A DNA stretch of 64,000 bases from the human T2T-CHM13v2.0 reference genome, Homo sapiens (GCF_009914755.1 NC_060936.1), one strand, 5' to 3'. Numbered from the stretch's first letter, positions 13,290 to 27,027 are shown. Notes: generated from the sequence alone by a model not told the origin. Made by a program: numbers and translations.

Positions 13290-13700
13290 CAAATCAATAA
13301 CTAGAATGTATACATATATTTTTCTATTAACATATAATTCATATAAGTAAAAAATACACAGGTCACCAAGTGCAGAATTTGATGAGTTTTGATAAATATG
13401 TATTTTTAAAGAAAATAGGGCCATGCTTTATAGACTTCCTTGCGACTTGCTTTTTTCATTTTGCAATATATCTTGAACCTCTTTCCTCATCTCTCCCATT
13501 CTCTTAATAGCTGTACAGGTTCCCATCATTGAGACTGTATGATCATTTATTTCCCCAACCCCTTCTAGATGTACATTTGGGTGGTGTCCAGTTTTCTTTT
13601 TTTTTTTTTTTTTTGCTGTTGTAAACAGTGCAGTGAATATCCTTGTACATCTATCTTTGTGCCCTTGTGGGATAATTTTTCATAGGTGGATTGTTATTGA
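13290..13700 (-). mobile_element. Old L1 (L1ME-like) fragments
   Basis: GATGTACATTTGGGTGGTGTCCAG...GTGAATATCCTTGTACAT. Confidence 0.6.
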
Positions 13701-14382
13701 TGTCTAAGCACGATCGATTCAGACTGTTTCTCGTGGAACGTTCAAGAGATGTAATCTCTGTCCTCAGAAAGGCCCCAGCTAGACAAACAAACACGATTCC
13801 ACTCCTGCTTTTCCATTATGGCCCTGACCTCAGCTTTCATGTCAACCCCTCCCAAAGGTGAGGGATTCTGGGCAGAGCCCACTTCATTAATCCCCAAGTT
13901 TCAAATTTTGTACCCACGTCAAATCCTATCCATTCAATCAGGGCAATTTTGGAGTTTGCATTCATCAAAGGAATGCCAGTTCTGTGCTGGGCTCTTCTGG
14001 GCTATGAGATACTGTGGTACACACAGGGGAGGCAACAAATAAGGAAACAAGTAATGCAGAAAACTCAGGTGAGCCACTTCCTGAAGCCCCACCTGGTTAA
14101 CTGCAGAGGGTGATGGGTGCTGATCCTCAGATGCCCTACTTTGCAGTTAGCCCTACCAGCTCTAACTGGAAATGGGGAAAATTTCTCTCTGGTGAAAAAT
14201 AAAGTATTATTCCTGTTTCTTGCCTGATCTGCAGAGAAGTATGCTCCTTTCTCTTGTTAGACCCAGGAAGGCCCTAAGATTGACGATTTCACAGAAATAA
14301 GTCCCAGATTTTTCAGAGGCAACAAAGAATAGTGAAAAGAGCAAGGTCTGGGGGTTAGAAAGATGTAAGTTTGAATCCTAGT

Positions 14383-14812
14383 TATGATTGGCTGAACAAT
14401 GGTCCTCCAAAGATGTCTATGCCCTAATTTCTGGAACCTGTGAATATATTATCTTATGTGGCAGAAGGGACTTTGAAGATGCGATAAAGTTAAAGGTTTT
14501 GAGGTGGGAAGATTATCATGGATTACAATGATCTTTATACAGGAGAGGCAGGAGGGTCAGAGTTCATAGCAGGAGAAGTGACAATGGCAAGAGAGGCCAG
14601 AGTTATGTGCCACCATGAGTCAAGGTGTGTAGGTGTCCTCTAGAAGCTGGAAAAGACGTGGCAATGATTCTCCCCTAGAGCCCACAGAAGGAGTGCAGCG
14701 CTGACAATCCATTTGGCTTCTGACTGTCAGAACTGTAAGATAATACATCTGTGTTGTCTTAAGTCACCAAGTTTGTGGTAATTTGTTATAGCAGAAGTAG
14801 GAAATTAATTCA
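14383..14812 (+). mobile_element. MaLR LTR (MLT1D-like) nested in a MIR (~14325-14990)
   Basis: GGCTGAACAATGGTCCTCCAAAGATGTC...TTTGTGGTAATTTGTTATAGCAG; MIR halves on both sides. Confidence 0.85.
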
Positions 14813-15439
14813 GCAGCCTGTCCACTTACTGCTGTGTGATTCTAGACACACTCTTAAACTCTTTGAGCCTCAGTTTATCATCTGTAAAATGAACACCCTC
14901 TTCTGTGTGTGTGTGTTTTTAAACAACTGGAAATAAAACATCTAAAGCATCTGCCTTAGTGCCTGTAGTATAATAGGTGCCAAGCAAATAAAACAGAAGG
15001 CATTCTTATTATGTATTATTGATAATTTAATTCCTCTACACCATAAAAGATTGAAGACATAAGAACACAAACCATGAACCATGAACCAATGACAAAATAG
15101 AACTGGAGATTTATATTCAATGAAAAAAATAAGTAAGGGTAGAAATTCGGTTCAAGGAAAAGACCACATGTGTAGGCAATATGGATTTTAGGAATTGTTC
15201 CACGTGAGCTTCAAATTTGGCACTGAGTTTCCTGGCTGCCAAAGTGAAAAGGGAGATATGTCAAGTTTTATACTTTTCAATAACAAAGAGAGGGAAGAAT
15301 CTAATTACCCAAGGAAAGCAAAACTTTTCTTAGTACCATAAGAAATATCTCCCTATATTTTTCCTTTGGCTTGCTTAGTACAAGTACAGTCAGCTAGTTG
15401 TGTGATTATCTATTTAAATCTGTCTCCTCTTACTAAACT

Positions 15440-15612
15440 AATTATTCTCAACCTTGGCTTCACACTAAAACCACCCAGGACCTTTTAAAAATAACAATGC
15501 CCGGTTCTGCTTCAAACTAATTACATCTGAATCTCTGGGAGTGGAGCTGACATCAGTATTTTTTAAAAGCTTCCCAGGTGGTTCTGGTGGCAGCCAGGGT
15601 TGAAAAAGCACT
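15440..15612. mobile_element. MER5-like MITE in an L2 relic
   Basis: ATCTGAATCTCTGGGAGTGG...TTTTTAAAAGCTTCCCAGGTGGTTCT. Confidence 0.7.
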
Positions 15613-15909
15613 TTGCTTTATTGTTTTCTCCCTCAAGGTAGTAACTGGATCTGCTTATTGACAACTTTATCCCCAACACCTAGCCTAGTGCCTGGCACTT
15701 AGTAGGTCCTCAGTGGGTCTTTTTAATTAATTCTTTTGGCACAGGTAGGCTATTCACCTGATTTTTAAAATATCAAAAGGTATACAGTGGAATGTCTTCC
15801 TCCTTACCTTTTATTCATCTAGTTCTCACTTCTCCCCAGTCACCTAGTCCAGGGGGTCATTGTTATAGTTTATTCCAGGATAACTTTATGCAAAGATAAG
15901 TAAAATTGA

Positions 15910-15920
15910 ATATATATATG

Positions 15921-15958
<38 letters not shown>

Positions 15959-15962
15959 TATG
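15910..15962 (+). repeat. Compound (TA)n(CA)n microsatellite
   Basis: Read directly. Confidence 0.9.
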
Positions 15963-15999
15963 CATACCTTGTTAAATACACACATATGTGTCCGTTTAA

Positions 16000-16485
16000 G
16001 TACTGTTGAGTTATTGGCCCTAATCCTTTACTCTCTGATGGTGTTATACAGGCACACCCTTAACAGAGCTCATGCTAGGTAGAGTGTTCTTTGCACCTTG
16101 ACTTTGGGCTTGGTCATGTGACTTGCTTTGGCCAATTGGATGTTAGCTGATAACGTTGAGAGTCTTGAAATGTTTTTGTGTGATTGATCTTGCCCTCTTG
16201 AGCTCCATGATCCCTCGTGAGAAGAGCATGCCCTGGTTAACTATTATCCCTTCAGCCTGGCCCTTGAATGAAAAGGGAGGAACAGACTAAACAGCACCTG
16301 TAGCTTGCAGCTGAGAGAAGAGCCGCCCTGCTGAGCCCTGCCTTTTCATGAGCTCTTATGAAAAATTCCTATCTAGTTGCTATCAGCAGAGCCCCAACTA
16401 GCTCTCAGATCTATGAGCATGAGAATAAACAATTACTTTTTAAAAAACTTTTGCAGTGATTTATTAGGCAGCATTACTGGGGGAA
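16000..16485 (+). mobile_element. MaLR LTR (MLT1G/H-like)
   Basis: GACTTTGGGCTTGGTCATGTGACTTGCTTTGGCCAAT...GAGAATAAAC. Confidence 0.7.
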
Positions 16486-16579
16486 TGCCATATCCTTTAT
16501 GCCTTGTTATTTGCTAATATGTCATGTAAATCTTTCTAAATCAGTAAATCTCATCCTATCTTTTAAAAAAGTGGTACAT

Positions 16580-17225
<646 letters not shown>

Positions 17226-17239
17226 AACTCTATAGAATA

Positions 17240-17720
17240 CTATTGTTTGGATACACTAATCACCTATTCAAAGACATCTAGGTTGTTCCCAGTATCTAGC
17301 TCTTACACTTCTTCAGTGAATAACCCTGCATCTACATCATTTTGTGCAAGTCCAAACATTTCTTTAGGATAAATTCCCAGAAGAGGAATTGCTGTGTCAA
17401 AAAATATATGCATTCATAATTTTGATAGATATTGTCAAATTACACTGCATAGGAACACTCCTACCAGTAATGTCTGAGAATACACAGTTCCCCACAGCCT
17501 TGCCAGCAAAAAGTATTATTAACCTTTCCAATTTTTGCCCACCTGATGGGGAAAATACTATTTCAGTGTAGTTTTACTTTGCATTTCTCTTATTTGAGTG
17601 AGACTGAGCATCTTTTCAAATGCGTACGAGCCATGTGTGTTTTCTTTTCTATGAACTCTCTATTCATTACCCTTCAGCCATCTTTCTCTTAGATTGTCTT
17701 TTTCTTATTGATTCCCTCAA
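17240..17720 (-). mobile_element. Old L1 (L1ME-like) fragment
   Basis: GGATAAATTCCCAGAAGAGGAATTGCTG...TTTGCATTTCTCTTATTTGAGTGAGACTGAGCATCTTTTC. Confidence 0.7.
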
Positions 17721-18028
17721 TACATATTTGCTGAATAGACAAATGAATGAAATAAAATGAATTTAAATAGAGGACACTGAATACTATGGTTCAACGTCCC
17801 AAATAAAACTGGAAAGATGCAAGAACAGATTTGACATGGCTGTGGCTTTTCATCGCGTTCTTTGATAAAAAGCCAAAGATCTCACATTTAAATGCCTTTC
17901 CTGATGGACAGCTCTGCAAGAGGCTGAGGTAACAAGGTCCAAGTTAGTAGCCTTCTGCGGCAAAGAGCTGAGAATTTCCAGGGGCTGTCATAGACCTCAG
18001 TAGGACATTCAATGGGAGTGGAGGACTA

Positions 18029-18305
18029 CTATAATTAACAATTTATTATATATTCTCAAATAACTAAAAGAGAGAATCTTGAATGTTGCCCAACACAAAG
18101 AAATGATAAAAGTTTGAGGTGATGAATATGCTGATTACCCCGATTTGGTCATTACACGTTGTATACATGTATTGAGATATCACACTTTTCAAAATTAAAA
18201 AAAATTTTACTCAACTTGCAAGCTAAAATATCACACTGTACCCCATAAATATGTGCAATTATGATATATCAATTAAACATAATAAAGGCATAAAACTGTA
18301 CAGAA
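18029..18305 (+). mobile_element. L1MA-type 3' end (copy 2, local duplicate of copy 1)
   Basis: Colinear with 16659-16834 plus 17114-17237. Confidence 0.85.
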
Positions 18306-18306
18306 C

Positions 18307-19009
18307 TGATACAGAGCCCTCTCCCAGGGCTAAGAAGACCTCCTTTGTTCTCTGAGATGGGTGGTAGAGAGTGGGTCTATAGGCTTTAGGTACCAGATGA
18401 GCAGGTGGCAGGTTAACATCCTACTGGGAACATTAAGAGGTGAATCTGGGCTCTCACCTGGATGGAAGGTGTCACACTCAGCTTGTGTACTTTTCAGAAG
18501 CCAGGCACGTGCCTCACTTTCTGGCCAGAGTGAGCTAGTAACAGCTTGTGTTCTCATTGTCTTAAAGACAATGTTGCCACCATCCTGCTGTGGCAGCTGC
18601 TCTAGTCCCTTGTATCACTCATAGAAATGGCCCAGAATTACCCACCCTCATGCTGGTGCTGTATACCTCTCCCCTCTGCCCTGGAGTTTTCCTGTTCCAC
18701 CAAGGCATGAAGTACTGTAGAATCCAGTTGCTCCCCACTCATATGAAATCCAGAAGTGTAGGGGAGCTGGAGGAGAGCTCAATGGAAGATGAGAGCTCGT
18801 GGATATTCCTGCCTCTAAATGGGTGGTTCAAAGATGCAGCTTCTCTGAAGACATCTGCAATACCAGGCAACTGACCAGCTCCATCATCCACTTCCTTTTG
18901 TCTCTTTTTTTCCTCACTCTTACTTCCCTGGGATTGCATTCCCCAATACAGTGTCAGTCCAGAATGCTTTTGCCTGGGCTCTATTTTCTAGAGAACCTCT
19001 GTTAAGACA
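18307..19009 (+). mobile_element. Old ERVL-type LTR
   Basis: Starts TGATACAG; ends GGGCTCTATTTTCTAGAGAACCTCTGTTAAGACA, typical of LTR16-clade 3' ends. Confidence 0.5.
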
Positions 19010-19129
19010 GAAAGTAAACTCATTTTCCTCCAGAGGTGGGGGTTTCTAAACATTCCATATGTGACATCCAGGTCCTAAAAGCAAAATGGCTTGTGGGATG
19101 ACCGTGAGGAAGGTTTAAAAGAAAAGCCC

Positions 19130-19330
19130 ACTATTTATTGAGCACCTACTATGTGAGAACTTTATGCTAAATGTTCCAATTGCTATTTCATTTAATTCTC
19201 ACAATATCCCTATGGATTTTTACTACCATAATTTTACCAATAAATGAGAGTTTGGATTTTAAGTCACTTATTCAAGCTAGTCAGTGATTGAGCTGGGCTT
19301 TCAACCTAGTTCTGCTGAGCTCCAAACCAG
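19130..19330 (-). mobile_element. MIR
   Basis: TATTTATTGAGCACCTACTATGTG...TCATTTAATTCTCACAAT. Confidence 0.7.
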
Positions 19331-19824
19331 TACTCATGTGATTCAAAAGTCACACAAAATGCTATAATGCACTTGAAAAAATGCCTTAACAGAGGAAGTC
19401 ACCTAAGTGTATCTAGTTGTAGGCTCTCTCTTCTGTTTTATAGGTGTAACACAGTATTAATATGTGCCTTACAGATGGGTGTCCCATTGTGCTTTCCAAG
19501 TTTTCCAAGTTTTCTACCAACCCAGGAGGACAGAAATATGGCGCTTCCTGGTCATGAATAAATCCTCTTAATAAAAAGCAGAAACTAAAGCTCAGAGATC
19601 CTAGAGGGTTTTCCAAAACCCACACAACTTGTGGTCACTGGAAATAGACCTGGACTTTTTGTGCCCCAGTTTAGTGATGTTTCTATAGCCCCATCCTGTT
19701 TTCAATTGAACACATGTGTGATTGTGGTCGCTGCCTTAGAAATTGTTTTGAAAGCATGCAACAGTGAGAATTCAAACAAAACAAAACACCATAGTGTAAA
19801 AAATAAGTCTTGAATCCTCCATTC

Positions 19825-19858
19825 GTGTGTGTTTGTGTGTGTTTGTGTGTGTGTGTGT
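19825..19858 (+). repeat. Interrupted (TG)n
   Basis: Read directly. Confidence 0.85.
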
Positions 19859-20844
19859 ATCCTTTTGGAGTTATTCTATGAACATACTGGCATATATGTT
19901 AAATAGGACACCACTGAAAACACACAGAAGGCAGGTCATTGTCCCACACCTTGCTTGGAGATGGTTCTATTTCATTGCATGACAATTGCCTCTCTGGTCT
20001 GAGGAGCCTTCGTTTCCTGGTTTGGATGAACCATAAGTCATTGGACTGATCCGCCACTCAGAACAATCAGGTTGTCTTCTGCCTCCTGTTGTGCATTTGT
20101 AATTAGAGAGTGCTGCTTGATGAATGAGAGGACAGGAGAGTGAAGGACTTGCCCAAGGTTGCACAGCTTAAGGTGGTAAAGCTGGGATTTGAACACAGAT
20201 CTCCTGACCCTGGTCCACCTTGTTTTCTGCTCACTTCACAAAACTGCAGGAGTATGGTCCCTAACTCCAAAAGGTGAGATTAAAGGATAGGTGTGGACAA
20301 ATGAGGAACCTTGGGCCCTCAGTATCAGGGGCTATGAAGGGGTTGTCTAGCCCCTGCTTCTGGTGTCTTCCTCAGCCATTCTAACTCTGGCAGGGTCACA
20401 GCCACCACTACATCTCTTCTGGTGCGTATGTCCTTCTGCTCTGCTCCAGCACAGCAGCTCAGCACACCCCAGGACACCCCTCTAGATTCCTTCCAATGAC
20501 AGGTAAGTCATTGATCAGCCCTGAGAACCAGCTGAGAGCAGGATCTATTTAAAGCAGCATATGTTTCCAGGTGCTGAGTCACGTCGGCTGGACCAGCCGG
20601 CCCGACCAGCCGGCCTGTCTGGGCAGTGCGGATATTCACGGTACAGCAGCCACTGCAGCCTGGCTTAGACTTTGACAAACCTGAGGAAGCTCTGAGCTGA
20701 AACACCACATTTAATAAGATAAAACACACATTGAGCCCCACATCAGTTTCTAGATTTTAAGCGTGGGTATTCTCATTACCTCCCCACTGACCACCATTTT
20801 TTGTTGTAATGATGATCAATTAGCCAAAATTGCGTTCATGGAGA

Positions 20845-21030
20845 CCCAGATTTAAATCCTAGCTCTGCTGCTTACTAGCTGTGTGACCTTGGGCAAGTCA
20901 GATAACCTCCCTGGGCCTCATTGTCTTCTTTTGTACAACCTTGTAGGGCATAGGGAGGGACGAATATAGTGATATATAGGAAGTCCATGTCATAGCCTGT
21001 AGTATGTAGTAAACATTTAGCAACTGATAG
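20845..21030 (+). mobile_element. MIR
   Basis: AAATCCTAGCTCTGCTGCTTACTAGCTGTGTGACCTTGGGCAAGT. Confidence 0.85.
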
Positions 21031-21438
21031 CAAATTAAATTAAGTATGTGTTCAGCACTATGCTAGGCATGGTAGGAGAATATCAAATACAGTGCAGCAT
21101 GATGCTGGCTCTCATGAAAAGTTGCTATCTAGTTGTTAAAGAAGATATACACTTGTGAAGTTATAATGAACATATATGAACAGTGCAACATTCAGATAGT
21201 CTTTGAGGACCTGCTTTGGTTCAGGCAAGGCACTGACTGAGGCTCTGGGCAAGTATAAATGGCTCCTGAGAGGACATGTTTACTCAGTGGCATGGGAATC
21301 CAGGTCAATGAGCAGCTAATTCTGCCAGGGACATTTGGGAGAAACTTCTGAAAGGAAGAAAAGATGGCAAATCCATGGCATGGGGGACATCAGTCTCCAT
21401 TCTCTGCGCATGGCAGCCATCGATAATCAGTCACGGCT

Positions 21439-21498
21439 CTCTGCATCCTTCTCAACACAGTGATGACCCTCTGCATCCTTCTCAACACAATGATGACC
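21439..21498 (+). repeat. 30-bp tandem duplication (2 copies)
   Basis: CTCTGCATCCTTCTCAACACA(G/A)TGATGACC x2. Confidence 0.9.
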
Positions 21499-22509
21499 CC
21501 CGCCCCCAACCCACTGCATTCCTTTCAACACAATGTTCCAGACAGCCACAACCAATCAATCAACACTGATATGATGAACACTGTTTGCCATCCTTGAGGT
21601 TAAAGTTATTTCAAGGTGTTGAAAGGTGTCCACTGGGTCATACAAATAATTAGAGCTATGGGTCTCATGGAAGACAAATAGTCTGGAGGAAGGTATGAGG
21701 AACCTTGGAATCTAGTTGCAGCATTGACACTTATATGCCCTGTGAACTCAGGTCATGTAATCTCTTTTATCCTGCTTTCTCTAAGTGATTCTGATTCACA
21801 GAGTTCTAAGACAAAGGGATTCCAGTTTGGGTGCTCAAGAAGGCTTATCACAAGAGGTAAGATTTCAGGAGGCTTTGAAGTATGGGCATAATTTACATCA
21901 ACAGAGAGCAATGTGTGCATGCGTCTGTGTGTGTATTCACATGCACGTGCATTCTAAGAGTATGAGGGAATGTAGTGGGTAGGCAATGGATAGGTTTCAG
22001 AATCTACTCTCCTCTACCATCTCCAAAAATGTAAAGCAATCCCCCTCTTTCTGCCAGCAGGCAACACTATGGTGTGAGCCCTGTTCATTGGGAACTGGAG
22101 TGGGCTGTCAAGATCACAGTACCAGTCAGGAGACAGAATCATGGAAAAAGTGATGCCGTCCAGGAAAGACTGGGAGTGGGGAGAAGTGTTGCAAGAGGCG
22201 GGGCTCCTGGCAGCTGCCTGCTTCTCCTTCCTCTTGCATTCAATTTCCCATTCCCCTGGACAGGCAGCCCATTTGTCTGACTTCTCAGCAGGGTCAGGTC
22301 ACCCCTGAGCCCACAAGGACACCCGCTGATGGACAAAAGTGCTGTTTGCCATGTAGACCTGTGACCCACAGCTGTGCCTCTGAGGGGCTGTCTTGCATGA
22401 TGAAACCAGGGGCAAAACCACAGACAGTCTGGCTATAGAGTAAATGCTTGACATTTGGACTCCCTTTTCTGTTTACTTTTCTCATTCCACCTATAAGTCA
22501 ACGGACCAC

Positions 22510-22750
22510 TTGGCAGAATGGTTTGGACTCCACAAACTGCTTGGGTTCAAATTCTGGCTCTGGCATTTCCAAAATGCAATCATAGGCAAGTAATGCAAAC
22601 TCTCTGAGCCATAGTTTCCTCATCAATAAAATAGGGGCGATGATAATAGCACTTACTTCATAGAGAGATGTGTGGAATCAGTGGAAAGTATCTATGCAAA
22701 CACAATGCAGCGTCTGTCATAAATGTTCAATAAGTATTCACTATATTACA
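22510..22750 (+). mobile_element. MIR
   Basis: TGGGTTCAAATTCTGGCTCTG...AGTTTCCTCATCAATAAAATAGGG. Confidence 0.8.
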
Positions 22751-23149
22751 TTATCTGTTATAGTTTTCCCACTTTTACCTTGTATTTCCCCAACTAGATT
22801 ATAAGCTACCTGAGGGATGGAACCATCTCTTTTGTACTCCCCAAAGTCTGGGCACAATACTGAGTGTGGAGGTACCCAGAACTTTTGCCAATCATTTAAT
22901 GTAAAAATAGTAAGTTGTAGAACTTTCTATTGCTTGGAGGAAGTTTAGCCTCCTCCATTTAAGGCTCAGGGATCTTTAGGTTCACATTGACCTTCCCAGA
23001 CTAATTTCCTATTTCTTTTTACAGAAACCTACCCTTCAGGCACATCAAACTATTTGTGGTTCCCTGAATACACCACCCTCTTTCCTGCTTCTCCTTGCAA
23101 ACTCCATTTTCTCTGCCTTCCCCCAATCTTATCATTCAAGTCTTTTTAA

Positions 23150-23640
23150 AATTAGAAATGACATAAATCAAACATAAAGTGGCTGAAGCAGAAAAAAATG
23201 TCTATTTGTTCAAATAACTGAAGAATCTAGTGTTACTGGCCTCAGATATGGCTGGATCCAGGGACTCATATTATACCATCAGGACTTTTTGTTTTTGTTA
23301 GATCAATTTCCCTTTGTGTTGGCTTCATTCTTAAGTATAGTCATTCTTGCTAGGGGCAAGGTGATCAACTGTTCTGATATACCTCCATCCATTGTAGCAA
23401 CACCAGGAGAAAGAGAACTCCTTTTTATTTAAGGTTCCAGAGAGAGTCTGAGATGTCCTCTCACTGGACCAGTTTTAGTCATGTGCTCATCCTCCATCCA
23501 ATCACTGTGGCCAGGAAGAAGGAATATGCTGATCGGACAGATTTGGGTCATGTGACCATCCTCTAGGCAATCAGAGGGACTGAGAGTGGGTCAAAGGTCA
23601 TTCCCCAAGGAATGTTGGGTACTGAGCAGATAAAAACAAC
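23150..23640 (-). mobile_element. Old MaLR LTR (MLT1K-like)
   Basis: CAGATATGGCTGGATCCAGGGACTCA...CCAATCACTGTGGCCAGG. Confidence 0.65.
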
Positions 23641-23870
23641 AGGTGCTCCACACAGATGGCAAACGCTTTTCATCCTCTAAGATGAAACTCTGATGTCATC
23701 TCAGTGAGGACTGTAAACCATATACTGTCGTGCTATTAGCCCACAATTCATAGAATTTTAAGTAACTCTCCCTCTAGGAAGGAGCTGTGTATTATTAGTG
23801 TTGGGCTCTGGGCATCTAGCACAGTGCCTAGGACATGGTGTGCATTCAATAAATGCTCACCGAATGAATG

Positions 23871-24493
23871 TGTCCATGACAAGAGTCAAACTCTGTAAAA
23901 TACTTGAAGAGATTTATTCTGAGCCAAATATGAGTGACCAATGTCCCATGACACAGCCCTCAGGAGATCCTGAGAACATGTGCCCAAGGTGTTTGGGCTA
24001 CAACTTGGCTTTATACATTTTAGGGAGACATAAGATATCAATCGATACATGTGAGATGTACATTGGTTAGGTCAAGAAAGGTGGGACAATTTGAAGTGAG
24101 GGCTTCCAGGTCATAGGTGGATTCAAAGATTTTCCAACAATTGGTTGAGAAAGTTATTATCTAAAGACCTGGAATCAATAGAAAGAAATGTCTGGGTTAA
24201 GATATAGGATTGTGGAGACCCAAGTTTTATTATGCAGATGAAGCTTCCAGGTAGTAGGCTTCAGAGAGAATAGATTGTAAATGTTTCTTATCAGCTTTTC
24301 TGTTAGTCTTAATGTCTGTGTTGGTCAGCTGTGCCTGAATTTCAAGAGGGAGGAGGGTATAATGAAGCATGTCAAACCTGCCCTTCCCACCATGGCCTGA
24401 ACTAGTTTTTCAGGTTAACTTTGGAATGCCCTTAGCTGCGAGAAGGGTTCACTCAGGTGGTTGAGGGGCTTCGGATTTTATTTTTGGTTTATG
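23871..24493 (-). mobile_element. ERV1 solo LTR (MER4-like)
   Basis: AAGAGTCAAACTCTGTAAAATACTTGAAGAGATTTATTCTGAGCCAAATATGAGTGACC; flanked by AATG/AATG within an L2 tail. Confidence 0.85.
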
Positions 24494-24504
24494 AATGAAT
24501 GAAG

Positions 24505-25575
24505 CAAGTGTGTGGTGGTCTGGGGCTGTGTTCCCTCAGGTCCACTGCTGTCCGTCCCCTGTCCTGTTATCATGGGGGAGGACAACCCTTTAGGCAGCAT
24601 TTCCAGGCTCTCCATCTTCTGCCTAAGGGCAGCCAGTAGAAGACCTTGGCAGGATATTTGAGGGCAAAAGGAAGAGAGAACCTGGGACATTTCCAGGTTC
24701 CTTACCTCTCACTACTTTCCCCATGTAGAACCTGGAAGGTTTGCTAAAAATCACTGGCATGAGGCAGATTAACAGGAGAAAAGGCATACAAATTTATTTA
24801 ATTCAGGAGCCTTCAGAATGAAGACCCAGCCCCTCAATGAGGTACAGGAGCTTATGTACCAACTTGAGATTAAGAAAGAATGCAGGCTCAGAGAATGGCC
24901 AAAAACGAGTTAAGGTAGTAAGTCAGGTTTTAGTGGAAAGACAGGTTATAGGAGTGAGAGAAGAGGAGGCTTGACTAGCAAAGGTGGTCTTGTTATGTAG
25001 CTAAAACCTCACAGGTGTCAAACCTCAGAGGGAATAGGTGGTAAATGTTTCTTTCAGACCTTTGAAGGTATAAGACTCAGTTAATCTTTCCTAGATCCTG
25101 ACTAGGGAAGATCTGGATTAATGTAGATTCTTTACAGATTTCCCCAACAAAAGACAGCTTTGCAGGTCCTTTCTAGTCTGCTGGCCCTGTGGCAGCCATT
25201 TCAAAATATGTCAAAGCAATATATTTTAGGGTAAAATATTTTTATTTATTTCATCTACCCCTCTCCACCTTCCCTGCCTCTCTCTACCTGAGGTATTATT
25301 ATTATTATTATTATTTTTTTGCAATGGCTATATCTCGACAGTTTCAGCTTTTACCTTATGGCCCTGGCCCCTGGGCTCTGGCATTACCTCCTTCTCCCTC
25401 TGTCTACCCAGACAATTATGGCCTCTTGCTGTAGCTAATCTCTGGGTGACCTCACCATCCCCTCTTAGCTTCTGAGCTTTTTCATCCCCCCATAACCAAT
25501 TTCCTGCATTAAATTTCATCTGTTTGAAATACTTAACGTGATGTCTATTTTCCTGGTTGGTGTCTGACTGATATT
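24505..25575 (+). mobile_element. LTR33-like LTR split by an ERV1 LTR
   Basis: 3' end ATAACCAATTTCCTGCATTAAATTTCATCTGTTTGAAATAC...CTGACTGATA is the same family as 290-750. Confidence 0.6.
24724..25253 (-). mobile_element. ERV1 LTR (MER34/MER39-like)
   Basis: GGCAGCCATTTCAAAATATGTCAAAGCAATATATTTTAGGGTAAAATATTT terminus. Confidence 0.7.
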
Positions 25576-25858
25576 AACTTGTTCCTCAAACTATTAGGAG
25601 CAAGCTGCTTCTGTATAATTGTCTGAGCCATAAAGGGACTTTGTTTTGCTTGTAAAGAAATTTTTCAGCTGCTGGTGTGAGAGAGGAATGCCACCTCTTC
25701 CTGAAGACTCTGTATTCACTAAAAGTTCTCCATTCATCAAACACTCCTGCTGCGTGTCTGCATGGTCCCAGCTGGTTGTGGGGAGCATATATGTGGGGAG
25801 TCAAGAGATATTGATCATGGGAGTGGTGGGGAGGAAGGTGCAATGTTTCAGTCATGGT

Positions 25859-25861
<3 letters not shown>

Positions 25862-25896
<35 letters not shown>
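25862..25896 (+). repeat. (TG)17 microsatellite
   Basis: Read directly. Confidence 0.95.
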
Positions 25897-25900
<4 letters not shown>

Positions 25901-26719
25901 TTGCTATTTTATGCCCAAATTCCAGTTTTCCAGAAGAAAGGCAGGCTGCCTAAATTTTGGCTCTGACAAGTTACAAGAGACTTGTGAGTTATTTTTGCCC
26001 ACAACAAGGGTAGATTTGGTTAAGTAAAGACCCCACAGTTCCCCACTATACCTCACAGAACACAGCATGAACAAGCAATGAAGGAAAGCCCAAACTGTGG
26101 TCCTTAGTGCCTATCAGACCTGAGCTGAAGTCCTGGATTTGTTCCATATTACATTGTGGTCTTGCATAAGGGCCTTAGCATTTCTGAGCCTTGATTTCCT
26201 TATCTGTAAAATGGAGTGAATTATAGCATCCACTCCATGGAATGAAATGACTCAATGCATGTAAAATGTTCAATGTACTGCTTCATGCAATTTTCCATAT
26301 AAACCTTCCATAAATACTGGCTTAAAAATAACTGAAATCTTCACACTGAGGCTGGACCATAGGCCTTTGCAGGACTGGAACCACACCTCGCTCATCTTAG
26401 TACCCATTGATTGGGCAATTATGGAAATTGATTTAGCTCCAAGGAGCAGCGGCCCATTCATATTAGCTGAGATAAAAATAGAGGTTGTTGCAGGAAACCA
26501 GGAAAACCTTTTAGAACTCAATGGCAGGAACTATGGCTGGGCTTCATTGCAACTCAGAAGTCATACTGTCACCATGGACCCTTCCCCATACACATGCTCT
26601 CAGTGCTTCTCTGCTTCATTTTATTCTCTTTAGATAGATGCCATCTCTCCATGAATCTGCTTGTATTTGATCCTTCATGGCACCCCCAAATGCCAGCTCT
26701 TGCTCCCCAAGCCTACACA

Positions 26720-27000
26720 AGAGGCAGATCATCTAGAAGATGAGAGCCCAAAGTTGGACTCAGATTGCCTGGGTTCACATTTCGGCACTGCCACTTCCTA
26801 GCTGTGTGAAGTTGAACTCGTTCCATACTCATGTTGTATGGATGGCGACACCAAATACCTCATTTTCCTTATCTGTGAACTTAGAACAGTAATAGCACCT
26901 GCCTCATAGGGATATTGTGAGATAAATGAGTAAATATGTGTGAAGTGCTTATAACTGCCTGGTACATAGGAAGTACTCAAGAAAGGCTAGTGATTATTAC
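26720..27000 (+). mobile_element. MIR (near full length)
   Basis: TGCCTGGGTTCACAT...GCCACTTCCTAGCTGTGTGA...CTGCCTCATAGGG...GCCTGGTACATAG. Confidence 0.85.
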
Positions 27001-27027
27001 ATGACTCTCCAGCTCACCTCAACCCCT

